Source: Paraspadella gotoi (taxonomy: Eukaryota; Animalia; Chaetognatha). Taken from it: a DNA stretch of 64,000 nucleotides. This document shows positions 51,901 to 64,000 of the stretch, piece after piece (positions within the stretch are counted from its first letter, which is position 1; every line of letters begins with the position of its first letter). The DNA is taken from positions 8,688,772 to 8,752,771 of the forward strand of contig CM119265.1 in assembly GCA_051294375.1 (NCBI GenBank), written 5' to 3'. The notes beneath the pieces were generated by a model. The model saw only the letters and a program-made list of their open reading frames with translations. It was not told the origin of the DNA and searched no databases. Both the position numbers and the translations under genes were made by a program.

Positions 51901-54900
51901 GATTGATCTTCATTGCTTCTCGGATCTGTTTTTTTAAAAGAGGAAGATGGTGGAAAGGGGGAATTCTTTCTACACATCTGAGATGATCTTTCACTTGCAA
52001 GTAATGCAATTTGGCTTTATAGGATCTTTGGCGGAATAAAGTTGGCTGAAATTTTCCTGCTGATATCTCTGTATATCAATATTCTTCAGTTGGTTTCCAT
52101 TAATTGCTTCAGCCAAAAGTAGCGATCCACCATTATATTCCAATATTAAGATGTTCTTAATTCAGTGGGCAAACACATTCGATTTGTTCTTTTCTGGCTT
52201 TATTGATTTTTTTACTGTGGTCTATTTATTGTACTCCCAGTCTGAGGATCCTGATTGAAAGCTTTCTTGAACGATTTAGGGTGTTATAGATCTTCCAAGT
52301 CCTAAATGGAATTTGGATCTTTATTAAAAATAATTTTCCAAAGGTCTCTATTTAGATGAAGTCAGCTTTAATCAGGAGTTAACAGGACGTGGACTGTGTT
52401 CAAAAATTAAAAGTCGCTGCCAAAAAATCTCTTTCTCAAAAATTAGGGCTTTTTAAGGTTTTACGGTTCTTGTATTGTTGATGCTCCATACAAATATGTG
52501 TTCAGAGTGGACCTGCTATGCCCTCTCCCCGTCTTCTGCAATAGGTAGGATTTTGGCAACTGTAAAACCATGTTATGAAACCTCTTCGAAAACTGCTTTT
52601 TGGTTACATAAGGATTTTACAATCTGAAGTTTGGTTTCGCCACCTTCATCTTTCTTTTCACCCAAATGCCCCCATTTTTCGAATCTGCAAAACTCCAAAC
52701 TAGCTGCTTCTGCACTTCATATTTCGTTTCTTCCGATTTACTTCTGCCAAGGTAACAAATCATCGTTTTGAATTAATTCTTGGCTTATTGGTATGTTATT
52801 TTAGATAGTCGAGACAAAAGCAATTCGCAAGTCTTCGAATGAGTCATATTGTACTGTTTTAGTTTTGGCAAATAAGGCTCCGGGCTAGGTTATTCAGAAA
52901 GTCCAAATTAGGTGGGGGACATTCGTCATTCCACAATGGAAGTGCATTAAGTGATTTAGTCAGGTACTTCGTTGACAATTTCCCGTTATTAAACTGGTAA
53001 ACTTGTGTGGGGTCAATGTTAGCAAAACACTTAAGACAGACCGTAATGAGTGTTTCATGAATCCTTTATTAAATTTTTTAAAGAAATGGTTAAAGAATTA
53101 GGCTGTGATTCAAAACACTTCAGCAGTTTTTTTTTATTTTGGGAAAGCTAAATTCGTTAATTACATTTTTATAATTTTCACTGTTATATATGATATATAA
53201 TCTCCTTTCTAAGTGTGAAATTTTCTCGATATTGTTCCATGTATTTTTTCTGTGTCTAAGATGGATGTTCGGAAAGACAAAGGTTAATGGTTCCTTCGAT
53301 TGGTGTTATTAATGTTTTGTGATCACCTAATTCGAAACATATTTGCGAGGAACAGCCATGGAAGCACTAGTTTGCCGGTGAAAAGCCAATTTGCCGTTAT
53401 TTATTTTAACGCCGTTGTGACCCCAAATTTTCTCTTTGATATTCGCAAGAATTTTCCGATGCTTCATGTGTTTTTGCCTGGTGACATTTTGTTTTTTACT
53501 TGTTTATTGAAAGTTTATGACACCGGAAATATTATCTGAAGTAGCTCTCAGTAAAAGACTACAAGTGCAAGGTATTTCTGGGAATGCCTTTCGATAAGTT
53601 TTACATTAGGTCCATAACCTTTCTTCCCAGTGGCAAGTCGTTTGCAGAATAAGATCCGTTTAGCTCTGCTCCCGTATTTTCTTTTCATCACTACTATCTA
53701 GCCTTTTATTTCTTAATTCGCGTACGATTCGCACTATCCGAGGCTATCATTCATCACTGCTAAATATTTAACTCGGGGTTAAACTCGTTTGCTCCGTTCA
53801 GCTTCCGAAAATCGTTACCCCCGTGATAGGGCTCGCAAGGTTCTTTGCATAATCTCTTGTGATTTTTCCTTAGTTTTTCATGTTATCTTTGGTTTCCAAT
53901 TTCCAGATTTGAGTATAAGTTCTTGTAATCGCCGAAGACAAATTATTTTGAGTGGCCCCCTATTTTATGCGGGCGATTTCTTTGCAACGTAACTGGTCAT
54001 TGTTCAGGTTTTTTAAAATAATATTTAAAAAAAGAATTTTTGTTTTTTTAAGGTTATTCTATCTTAAAAGCGGAGCCTTTAAAAATATTATAATGAAAAA
54101 GCCAGAATGTGTGATAGTTGGTAACATAAGGTGGTTTGCGTGTGTATCAGATGAGCGGAAGAAAAAAAATTATCCTCAGTGTTTAGTGTCCAAAGCAAAG
54201 GTTTCATGGACCGCTCCTTGTCCGCCATCTTTCATGTTTTTCTCTGGTCAAAAGGTCGGTATTCTAATCATAAAAAGAATTAGTACTCTGAAGATTAGGG
54301 CTTCCGGAATATTTATATTATATCTCATAGTGTGGATTAGCAAATCACCTATCTTGATATAATGATTTTCCTTGTAATGGTTATTCTGTTAATTTGAAGT
54401 AACAATTTTCCTGTCGTTCAAGACGTTTCTTAATTTGTAATTTACTCTTGTCGAGATAGGTTTAACAATTAATATCTAATATTATTTGTGAGAACTTACT
54501 GTTATAAGATTCTTCGTCATTGTTGGTGTTTTTCAGGACAAAAATTTTAGCTGTTGTTAGCAGGTACCACTCCCTACGCTTGGTTCCCAGTCACAGTTAA
54601 TACGTTAAGAAAAATTAAGGTTTCAGTTTAAATTTACAAAATAAGAAAGACAACTAATTTGTATCTTACCTTGCAAAGAAGATCTCCCTTTCTTGCTCAC
54701 TGTGTAATTCATCTTCTTGACTACTTCGTTCAGAAAATGGAAAAAAAATAATAAATTCATTACATGAGAAAATCGTTATTTTTTACTTATTTAGGTTATA
54801 GGCTTAAAAAAAGTATAGGGTAAAACAAATATCTCTGAGAAAAAGTCAATATTTATATTTTTGTTTCTAGTATAGGGTACATAATTTTATAAACGTATAC

Positions 54901-55991
54901 TTGAAACAACAATGTAATGATTCTATGTCCATATAGGGGGGGGGTATATAAATCGAAAATAATTTTTTTTTACCCTAACAGATTAATATTTTCGTATTTC
55001 TTAAAATTCATTTCTCAGCTGAAATCGCCAATTCATTGGAAATGAATTTTTTCATTAATGACTTTTTTTGTCTTCTCTTTCTTCCTTCTTCAAAACAGCA
55101 GAAGATTTTAAGAATCCCCTTTTCTTAGGCATGCACGAAGGCTGGATCTTCTCTCTCTCTCTTTGTTCCACCTCTGCCTCTCCGATTTTAGGTTTAATGT
55201 TGTGGACATAAGTTTTGAATGAGTACCGAAGGCGGAAATGCGATTCATTCTAAAACAAAATGATTTATTTGTTATTCTCTCGTTAAAATATTTAGTATCC
55301 TAATAACATTAGTCACATTATTATTTCCATGTTTTGGCCACGTACTTTATTTAAACTGATAATTGACAAACCGAAGAAAAAATAAACTTTTAAAACAACA
55401 CACTCTTCTCCTTTACTTCTTAACTCTACGAGATATCTATATGTCTTCAGAAAGTTCCAAAATTTTTTTTTTCGAAATTCAAGTATTCGGTTTCAATGCG
55501 TAACCAGTTTTTCGGCTCCGCAGCTGAAAGTTTAGCCAATCTTCGAGTAAAAAAAAAATTTCAACTCGAATCAGAAAATTTGGAACAGGCCCAAATTCTT
55601 CAAATAGTTGTTCGGCCGGGGTATTTCTCTTTCACTTAGGGTCTCCGGGCTTGGTTCATTCACTCTCAATTCTGGGGGAGATTAAACGACCATGATTCGA
55701 GAGCTGCGTTTTATCGACATGATTTCGTAGCGCTGAATAAAAAGTAAAAATAAAAAACCATATACATTTGACAATCGGATTCGAACGAGAAGGGGATTTA
55801 GACCTTTTTCAAAGCCGATGAGCGTTCCCAGGCATCTCTTCAGACGAAACTGAAACGCTTAGCGGCGGTCGAAATTTGAACGTTTGGGGGCCAAAAAAAA
55901 TTGTACGGCAAGGAAACTTCGAACCGAATTGACGATCCTCTCGAAAAATTAAGCAAAAATATCTAGTTCGGACATCCCCATCCGATAGACG

Positions 55992-58118
55992 ATGGTGAAG
56001 GATCGTATGCAGAGAATGCAGGCCAAGCTCAACAAAACTGGACCTGATGCCAAATGGAAAGTGTAATTTTTCCTTGCTTGGCTTTTTTCGCAACAAAACT
56101 GTCCTTAAGATTTACATCAAATTTCTGCATTTTATTTTTTAGGCGCGCTGGAATCGGACAGCGTGGGAATCGCTATCGACGGGGCGCTGCCGTTTACGTC
56201 AGGCGAAACACCGATCAAAAATGGCGTCAAAACTTTTGGCTTTCAGAAGTAGACAAGCAACGCAACAGCGGGTACCTAAATAAATCATCACCAACGTATC
56301 TTACTTTGACGTATTACTGATACTAGTTACTACCATTATTCTTTAATTTTTAGGAAGATGATTACTTGGAAGACTTTTTCAGTAACGTGGAAGGAGATGA
56401 GACAAAACTATAGGAAACAATGTAAGACCAAGAGCGAGTGAAATGAAGAAAACTCACGGCGCAATCTTCTCCTCAAAGACGATGGCAAAAGCTTGGCGAG
56501 AACGGAGATTTGACGCTTAAGTGGCCGACGTCCAAGAAGGATTTTTTAATCTTAAAATAAGGTTTTTTTCCAGCTATTGAGTTAGTTAAAACTAAAATGT
56601 AATGGTTTTCATACTTATTTTTGCCTTTTCTCCCTTCCCTCCTAAACTCTTTAACCCTTTAACTTTCCCTATTCTTCTCCCACTCTCTTTTTTTTAGTTT
56701 TTCTTTCTCTCTCCCCCGCTCGACTCTCATCCCACACTCTGTCTTTCTCTCCCTTTTCTTTTCCTCCCACTCTCTTCTTCTCAGGTTCTTAAGCCCCTCA
56801 TTTCCTAATCTCATCGCTCTCATCTCTTTCTCATTTTTATCTTCACATCTTCTACTTTCACAGATGGGGGCAAAAAAGTTAAGAATCAACTCGGGCTCAT
56901 CGAGATAATGGTGGACAAAGGCTCCACGCTGGCGGGCCGTATATGGTCCTATCGGCCGAGGCACAAGGGAAATAAAGAAAATATGCATTAGACCATGATA
57001 ACCACAAAGGGAGGTTTTGTGAAGTTATTGAAGGAAGGTTAACTCCATTCAATAAGCCAATTTCAAGTAAGTGGAATTTGGATATATCAACTCTTCTCTC
57101 TTACTTCTTCCACTCTCTGGGTTTTTGGTTTAGTCTTTAGTTTCCGCTTTCTTTAGGTCGTCTGTACAACTTAGGGGTTAAAAAGCAATATAAATTTGCC
57201 TTTACGTATAGATTTGGAGGGATTTTTTTTGGTCGTTAACAAATGAGCAACTAGAGACTGCTACGCCGCCTTCCAGGAAATCCTAAAACTATTAACGAAT
57301 AAAAAGACGGAAATTCCGATGCAGCTGCGTGCCAATAAATCACACAATGAAATAAACAGCTTTTGTTTTTTCAACTTTTTTCAAGATTCATTTTTGTGCA
57401 TCTTTCATCAAACTTAACTTTTCAAATTAAGAACAATTGAAGAAATAGTGCGCTCTCGCGCTGGCGTTATAGAACCCGGACGGGATGGACTACACCAATG
57501 AACAAATTAAACGGAAATGATTGAATCCGGAAAACGTTCCATTTGGACTCAAAATCTTTGAAAGAAAGCAGAAGATGGAGGACAAAAACTTAATGCGCTC
57601 AACACGTATGTGCAAGTCGGTGGGTTTAGCTCGGGATGAAATCGAAACGAGGAGCTACGATTTAGTGTTTTCCACGCCCTTCATATTCTTCAGTCACGAG
57701 GAAGGAAATTTGTAAACTGAGAAAAAGGTATCGTCGAGGGTTCACGACATGTGGTTCCTGGCCCTTTTTGGCGTCGTTAGTGGAGAGGGAAGTCAAGGCG
57801 CAATGGATTGACACATCGGAGGAGACAACGTCCTCAGACGACGTGACCTACGTGAAGGACTGGCAGTCGTTCGGGAAATGTGGGGAACCAAAGCGAAAGG
57901 GGACACAAAAGGCGGGTAGTCGGGCATGCTTGCTATGAATTATCTAGGGTTAAAACCAAAATGGTCTTTGGTTTGAGGGTTTCAAAATTAATTTGGGGAT
58001 TAAGTTTTTCTTTCCCACAATTCCGGTTCAACAAAACGATGTGGTTGCGTTGGTATCATGTCATTGATTCTTGTGATCTCGACGATTATTCTTTGCAATA
58101 GAATTTTCTGGTACGTGA
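55992..58118 (+). pseudogene. Frameshifted copy of the syntaxin gene in copy C (likely raw-read error)
   Basis: ATGGTGAAGGATCGTATGC start and colinear exons with many indels. Confidence 0.65.
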
Positions 58119-61100
58119 TCCCAATGTAGTATAAAAGCGTGTAATATGGTACAAAAAATGGTTTTTTCAACAGTTGATTTTTTTTTTTAGGTTATACGTT
58201 GTGCGATATCAAATTCAACCAGGGTTTATTTTATCAATCCAGTATAAGATTACATTACATGTTGTGCTATATTATAATGTTAATTATTTCAATCGGGATA
58301 ATTGTTTACTTGTTCTCCCCGTTTTCATCTGTTACTGTTGGTTCATTAACCTGAAAATTGAATTAAATAAAATTGTAAATTTCTTTCGTGAAAAGGTTTT
58401 AGTGCTACATTTCGGTGGAGAATTGTTTACCTGGTTTCAAACGTTTTTATTTTAGCTTTTGGATGAAGCTTGGTGAAAGTGAGTTATGCTGTCGGCTTAT
58501 TTAATGTAGCAGTTAAAAAAAAAAAGTATTACACAAGTCACAACTTTGGTTATGGTTAAAAAATTTTTGCGGAAATATGTAAATTGTATGGAAATAGAAC
58601 AATAACGATTGATTAAGATTTGATAACTTTTTTCTCGTGAGTTAACTAGTCCTTACCAATATTGTAGATCGACGCGTATGGTTGAGGGTATGCCTGCGCG
58701 TATACCTTTCTTCTTTCCGTCTAAGTCGCGACCCCAGGTCCCGAGTCGAAGGTGGGCAGCCTCGTTCTTGGCGACTAATAATGTCGTCTGCCGCTTGCGA
58801 AGGTCGCGGTTTGGAAAACATTTGATTCTCGGGGACGGAACCGAAAAAGCTAGAGGGGCGATAATTTTGACCTTACTGCTGAGCAACCAGCGGAATGTTA
58901 TGAACGACCGACTGATTAAGGGGGGCGGGGATGGATAAGAGAGCGCAAGAAGCAAGAAATCATGTGCGATCGGAACAGGATAATGCGCGGCGCAACAGAA
59001 AAATAAAGCAGGGAGTGACAATGGCGGAAATAATACAAATGAAAATCGCTACCAGCGGATGGAGGGAAAGGGGAGGGGGAGGAGAAATGGAGTCCGTATT
59101 TCAGTTTCGAAACGAGAGACGATAGATCAATCATCATACCATAATATTACCATTTTTCTGTCGCGTCCACGCGTTAACGAAAGCACATTCTGCTGCCAGC
59201 TTTTTTTAAAGACTCCATATTTCGACTTATCGGGATCCATGGGACCGAAGGGCCGTAAATTGTGGGCTTCGGTCGGGGATCGGCCGTTCGATTCCATGGA
59301 TCCTAATAAAGGAAAATAGGGTTCGATTAAAATATTACCAAATCTATATCATTGGTTTTATTGTCATTTTTGATCCAGTGCAATAGGAAGCATTATCGGA
59401 CGGGGAGAAAAACGGAACTATACCTTTCCGGTTTTCATGTTCGGAGGCAAACGTAATTCGTTTTTCCTCACGGATATAGAGAATGGGGATCCCGGGCGAT
59501 TTGTCAACGGCAGCGTGGGAATTATGAAAAATCCACAAGTTTTTTATTTTATCCTTCTCCAGTTTTTCGCTATTTTACTTTCAGAAACTTTCTTCAAGTT
59601 GTTACCAATTGATGACTAGAGAGGAAAAGTAACCATTGCCGGTTGTTGAATTCGTTGACATTTAGTAATTTTACTTTAAGATGACTTCGAGAATTACTTG
59701 CCGTAGAAATGGATATTTTATTTTTAATTTCAATTTTCATTTCCGTTTAATATAAATAGATTACGTTTTTTTTCCAGCGACAAGAATATGAAATGGTACA
59801 ACCAATAATATATAGAATTACTTGGTATTTTTTCATGTTTAATTTAATTTCTTTATTTGCTGCCTGTGGCATGCTTTTTCCCTCGTACTTCACTGACGAC
59901 CACTGGGCTTTGGCGTAAAATGATTTCCTGTGGAGATGAAGCTACCTCTCGGCCCGTACCCTCAGCCGACAAGCCGCTTGCCGCTTCCAGACCGGAATGG
60001 AGAGTCTTTAACCCGTATTGGACTCGGTAGTTAAGGCGCTTGGAGAGCGGACACTACGTGCCGATCCAGGAGCAAGGGTTGACCCGTGCTCCGGGATTAC
60101 CCACCTTGTTGCCAACCGGAAACTTGATTTTATTTTCTTTTGAACACCTATTTTTCTTTACTCCGTAGGTTCAGCAATCTTCTTTAAATTTTCATTACCA
60201 CGCGGTCTATTTTCAAGGCCCGGCTCATGGCGTCGATCTCAATTGGCCAGTTGGGTGCGTCAGGAGTGCCTGCAAACGTTACTCGTGAAGCGGTTTCTTC
60301 CGTCTTTCGATGGGTGGAAAGAGAGAAAGGAAGGGGAGGGAGGGAAAGAAAAGAAAAGAAAAAGAAAAACGGAATGGAAATAGTAATGAAGTATTAGAGC
60401 GGAGAAAACGGGAAAAATCGCGTTCAGGGCGCAAAGCATAAATTTTTTTTTTAATAATTAAGGTCTGTAGATCGGGCAGCTGAACGACAAATGAACGATT
60501 CGAACTTCTTTTGCCGATTTTACGAAAAGGTTGGGGTTGTTAAACAGAATTTTATTACCTGATAAGAAATTACATTGAGCAAATGTCTAAATTAATTAAA
60601 TTGACTTTGGGACGAATGTAATATTGATTAGCAATACTATAGTATCAAAACATTGTCTAATATACCATGGCTAGGACAGGGCACCTGGCTACGGACTATA
60701 ATCCAATTTTTATTAATTCTCTATTCTACCTATTAATTTTTTTTTCCTAGGATTGGAAAAAATTTAATGATTAATTAATGGTGCTAAACCAATTATTTAT
60801 CTAATAAACCTTTTCCTATTTATTTTCATAATTTTAGGTTTTTTAAAAAAGGTCGCTTTTTAAATTCTATATCTGACGATTATATTTGCGTGGGGCGCTA
60901 AAAAAAAGAAAGACTTCCTGGATCTCACACGGACATAAAAATCGGCTCCGGTGCCCCTCCCGATAAACAGGAAGCGGTGCGTAATTCCGAGGGAAAAAAA
61001 AAAATAAACCCCGACGTTACCGGCTTAACGTCGGTGGATGCCGAGGATAATCACAGCGACTTCCTATCCCGAGTTTCTCACCCCCGCTGTTTTTCTTGAT

Positions 61101-64000
61101 TCAGGCGTCTGATAAAGAATTCGGGGCGCCGTCCTTTGGAGGTCGGTGAAACGCGGGGCGACCGGTCGTCCCCGTCACCTTGGACCCGCCAGACGGGATC
61201 GGCGGCGTGGCACCAGCGCGCCGCGCGGGCGAGAAAACGGAATAAAACATAAGAGGGGCGTTTCGAGGGGGGAACGATGGCTGGAAGTAAAAATGCCGGT
61301 GCTGTTAGTTTTAACGTCCGCGTTGAAAAGACGAGGGGAGGAAAAGATTTTTTGCAATCTTTCTAACAAAAGAGGAGCGAACGGGGAGTGAGGGGTAGGT
61401 GTTTAGTGGGAAGCTGGGTTACGGGAGACATGGACTGGGTTCTATTTCCAATTTAGCTCGGCGCCCGGTGAGTGAGAAAGCCAAGTTTTCAGATCCAGAG
61501 GCAAAGGCGGAATGAGACGTGATTGCCGTTCCCGCAGCCGAAACGGCGCGACTTTTATTTTTTCACGGTTGGACGGGGATTTCTCTCCGGGATCGTCGTC
61601 GCTTTGGTCGAAGCGCCGAAAAAAAAAAAACTTGGCTTTTGCTCACCTGCGGAAGGAAATTTGGGCACGAAAGAAGAATTGGTGCCGGGCGGCACGGAAA
61701 AGGGTGTTGAGGGGCGATCACTAGAAAAAAAAAATGAGGAGGGAAAACATCTTTGGTTTGAGAAAGAAGGGATGGCGAGGGAAACGGAGATTATCGATAT
61801 TTCATTTCCCACTTTCTTCCCTTTATTTTTCTCGGCCTATTTCTCTTCTTCTCATCCTCATTTTTCCTTCTCTCCCCCTTTTTTTTCTCACCTGCCTCAA
61901 GTGTGCTCCAGTCTCTCGAAAAATGTCTCTCCTCGTTTCCACCGCAATAATTATTTTTCTTTATTTCTCCAACTTCGCCGGATACCACAATTCCACAATC
62001 CCTTCCAGTCCCCGAGCCATCGTTGGACCACAACGAATTTTAAAGGCCCCAGCACCGCCGCGCCCGTTTCCTCGCCTTGTTCGCGATTTCCATTTGTCAT
62101 TAATTTCAATTAAATATATTGTTTTCTTGCATTTCGGGAACGACGCTGACCCGAAAACCAAAAAGAGGAAGCATGAGCGAGTTTCAACCAAACGCCTGCG
62201 CTGCCCGCTGTCAAGAAACTTGCTCGCTCCGCAGATGAAAATCCCCACAAGGATAAGTTTGAAATTGGAGTGAGGGGCAAAGGGCTCCGGGAAGGGAAGG
62301 ACAATCATCCGAAGGATAATGGCCTTTTTTTTCCTCGATGATTTTTTTTCCTTCAAAATTTTACAATTTGAAATGCGAATGTAAATCGTTCGTCAAAAGG
62401 TCGACCGAAAAATTTATTCTATTTCTTTCCACGCTAATCGATTCTCTTTATTTGTTTTCCTTTATTTCTTCTTTCTCTTCTGCTGCATTATTCCTTCCTT
62501 TCATTTTCTCATCGTTCTTTCCTTTCGCTTTTCAAAACTTCCCAAGGCAAATTCAAGCGATCTTTTTTGTTTTCGCCCTTCAAGTCTGCCTGGACTCATA
62601 ATCATTTTCTTCCTCTCAACTCACTCTCGTTTTCCCTTCCCCCCATCTGCACGGGGCCACCTTGAAACGCTGCATGGCAGTTTCTGGGGTGCTAGATTGG
62701 TTCTGGGGCCAGCCCGCCCATGCCCCCTCCCGGGACGGCCTGCCAACGAAGTTGCGCCAGGGCGCGTCATTTCCCCGGGGCTTTAGGTGGGGCGCTGGCG
62801 TCCGGGCGGGCTGATCCGAAGGGGGAACGCCGAAGAGGGCGCGTCTGTATCTGAGGGTTTGCGGCGCTGCTGCGTGACGGACTGCCGGCCGAGCGTTGAC
62901 GAAGATTGACCTGAGTGAAATGCGGAAGATTTTTGCCGGTTTGGGGACGGCACCGAGGAAGGAAGATTAACGTATTATTGAAAATAAACAAAACTTTTTT
63001 TTTTCAAGAAATTGATTCCCCACAACAAACTAATTGATCCCACATGGGAGAAAAACAACAATACAAGTAATTTGAAACAAGAACGCAAATTTAAAGAAAA
63101 GCGCCCTTTATAAAAATATCCCTAACATATTATACTGTTAAAGGGAAAAATAAATGAAAATAAAAATTTGTAACACAACACGGAGGAAAATCTTAGATGG
63201 GCGAAGAACGGAAGTTTCGCCCTCACGAGGCTCACACTTCATTACTTAATTCCCTCAAAAATTGGGTGGCGAGTATCTCCGAGACCTTTTCCCTCATCGA
63301 CTTTCCTCATCGGCATACGAAAGAAAAAAAAAAAACACCGCAAATCTCCCCTGTGGGACATCCAGCCATTTAACGTCTTTCTTATTAAAAAATGATAAAT
63401 AAAATATGGAGAAATGTTTAACGTCGTCTGGGCCGGGCGTGAGGCAGATCGGGGGGGAAGAAACCGAATGGCGCCGGCCGCGAAAAATCCGTTTCGGGCG
63501 TCTCCGTCCGATTTCTTTTTACCCCCTTTTCCCTACTTAAGATCCGTTTCCGTTTTCCTTTCGTTCTTTTCCGTCATCAGATTATGTCCTTGTATAACCG
63601 TTTCATGATAAATATTTACTATATATATATTTGTCTTCCTTTAACTTGCTTACTTATTTTACATTATTTTATAGTTTCTTATCTTCTTAAAATTTTTTTT
63701 GGGGGGGGGGAAATTTTGCATATTCGTCCCTTTTTTTTTCTTTATTTTTTTTCTTTTATGTGGGGTGCCACTTACATTTTATTTTCCCCCCCCGCTTCCC
63801 ATCCCCCCTCTATTTTTCCCCCCCCGCTCCGGGCTTCTTAAAGTTTTCCTCCTGAACCACTCACTCCCCCTTTCTTTTTTCGCCAAGTCCTCAAATCGAC
63901 CTTGTTTCATTCGCAGTCCTATCTTCGCTTTCACCTCCAAACTTCAATTTGGCCTCCCATTTTTCTTCGCATCCATTGTTCCAGCTCCTAGTTTTTTTGA

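Larger units (their letters stand above)
45319..64000 (+). repeat. Copy C: very noisy direct duplicate of about 17494-35520
   Basis: Colinear throughout (SNX5/6, orphan gene, syntaxin, SAPCD2-like exons). It has dense indels with a net excess of about 1 kb of inserted bases and starts immediately after a 25-N gap. Confidence 0.95.

Noticed and set aside
45319-64000. Genuine pseudogene cluster or programmed frameshifting in copy C
   Set aside because: Indels are uniform over exons, introns and intergenic DNA and are insertion-biased, which fits raw-read error better. It is kept only as an artefact and haplotype finding.

Overview
This is eukaryotic DNA, probably from an invertebrate animal. 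It is AT-rich, with many short GT-AG introns (about 55-110 nt), (CT)n microsatellites and N gaps. There are no prokaryotic features or CRISPR arrays. The clean core (about 6830-39000) holds, in order: the 3' half of a CCAP/neuropeptide-S-type GPCR (+), a C10orf53/UPF0728 homologue (-), 5-aminolevulinate synthase (-), sorting nexin 5/6 (+), and a long SAPCD2-like gene (-). Two introns of the SAPCD2-like gene each host another gene: a syntaxin on the opposite strand and an unrecognised protein of about 800 aa with a duplicated module on the same strand. Positions 1-6826 and 45319-64000 are indel-ridden copies of 17206-24061 and 17494-35520, most likely unpolished long-read gap-fill. They still differ by clean presence/absence insertions. 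One insertion is 87 bp, flanked by a 12-bp target-site duplication, and carries a minimal Penelope-type hammerhead ribozyme. 40000-44700 is a mix of direct and inverted duplicates around 25-N gaps. All gene calls come from manual translation, exon-phase checks and recalled family motifs, not database searches.
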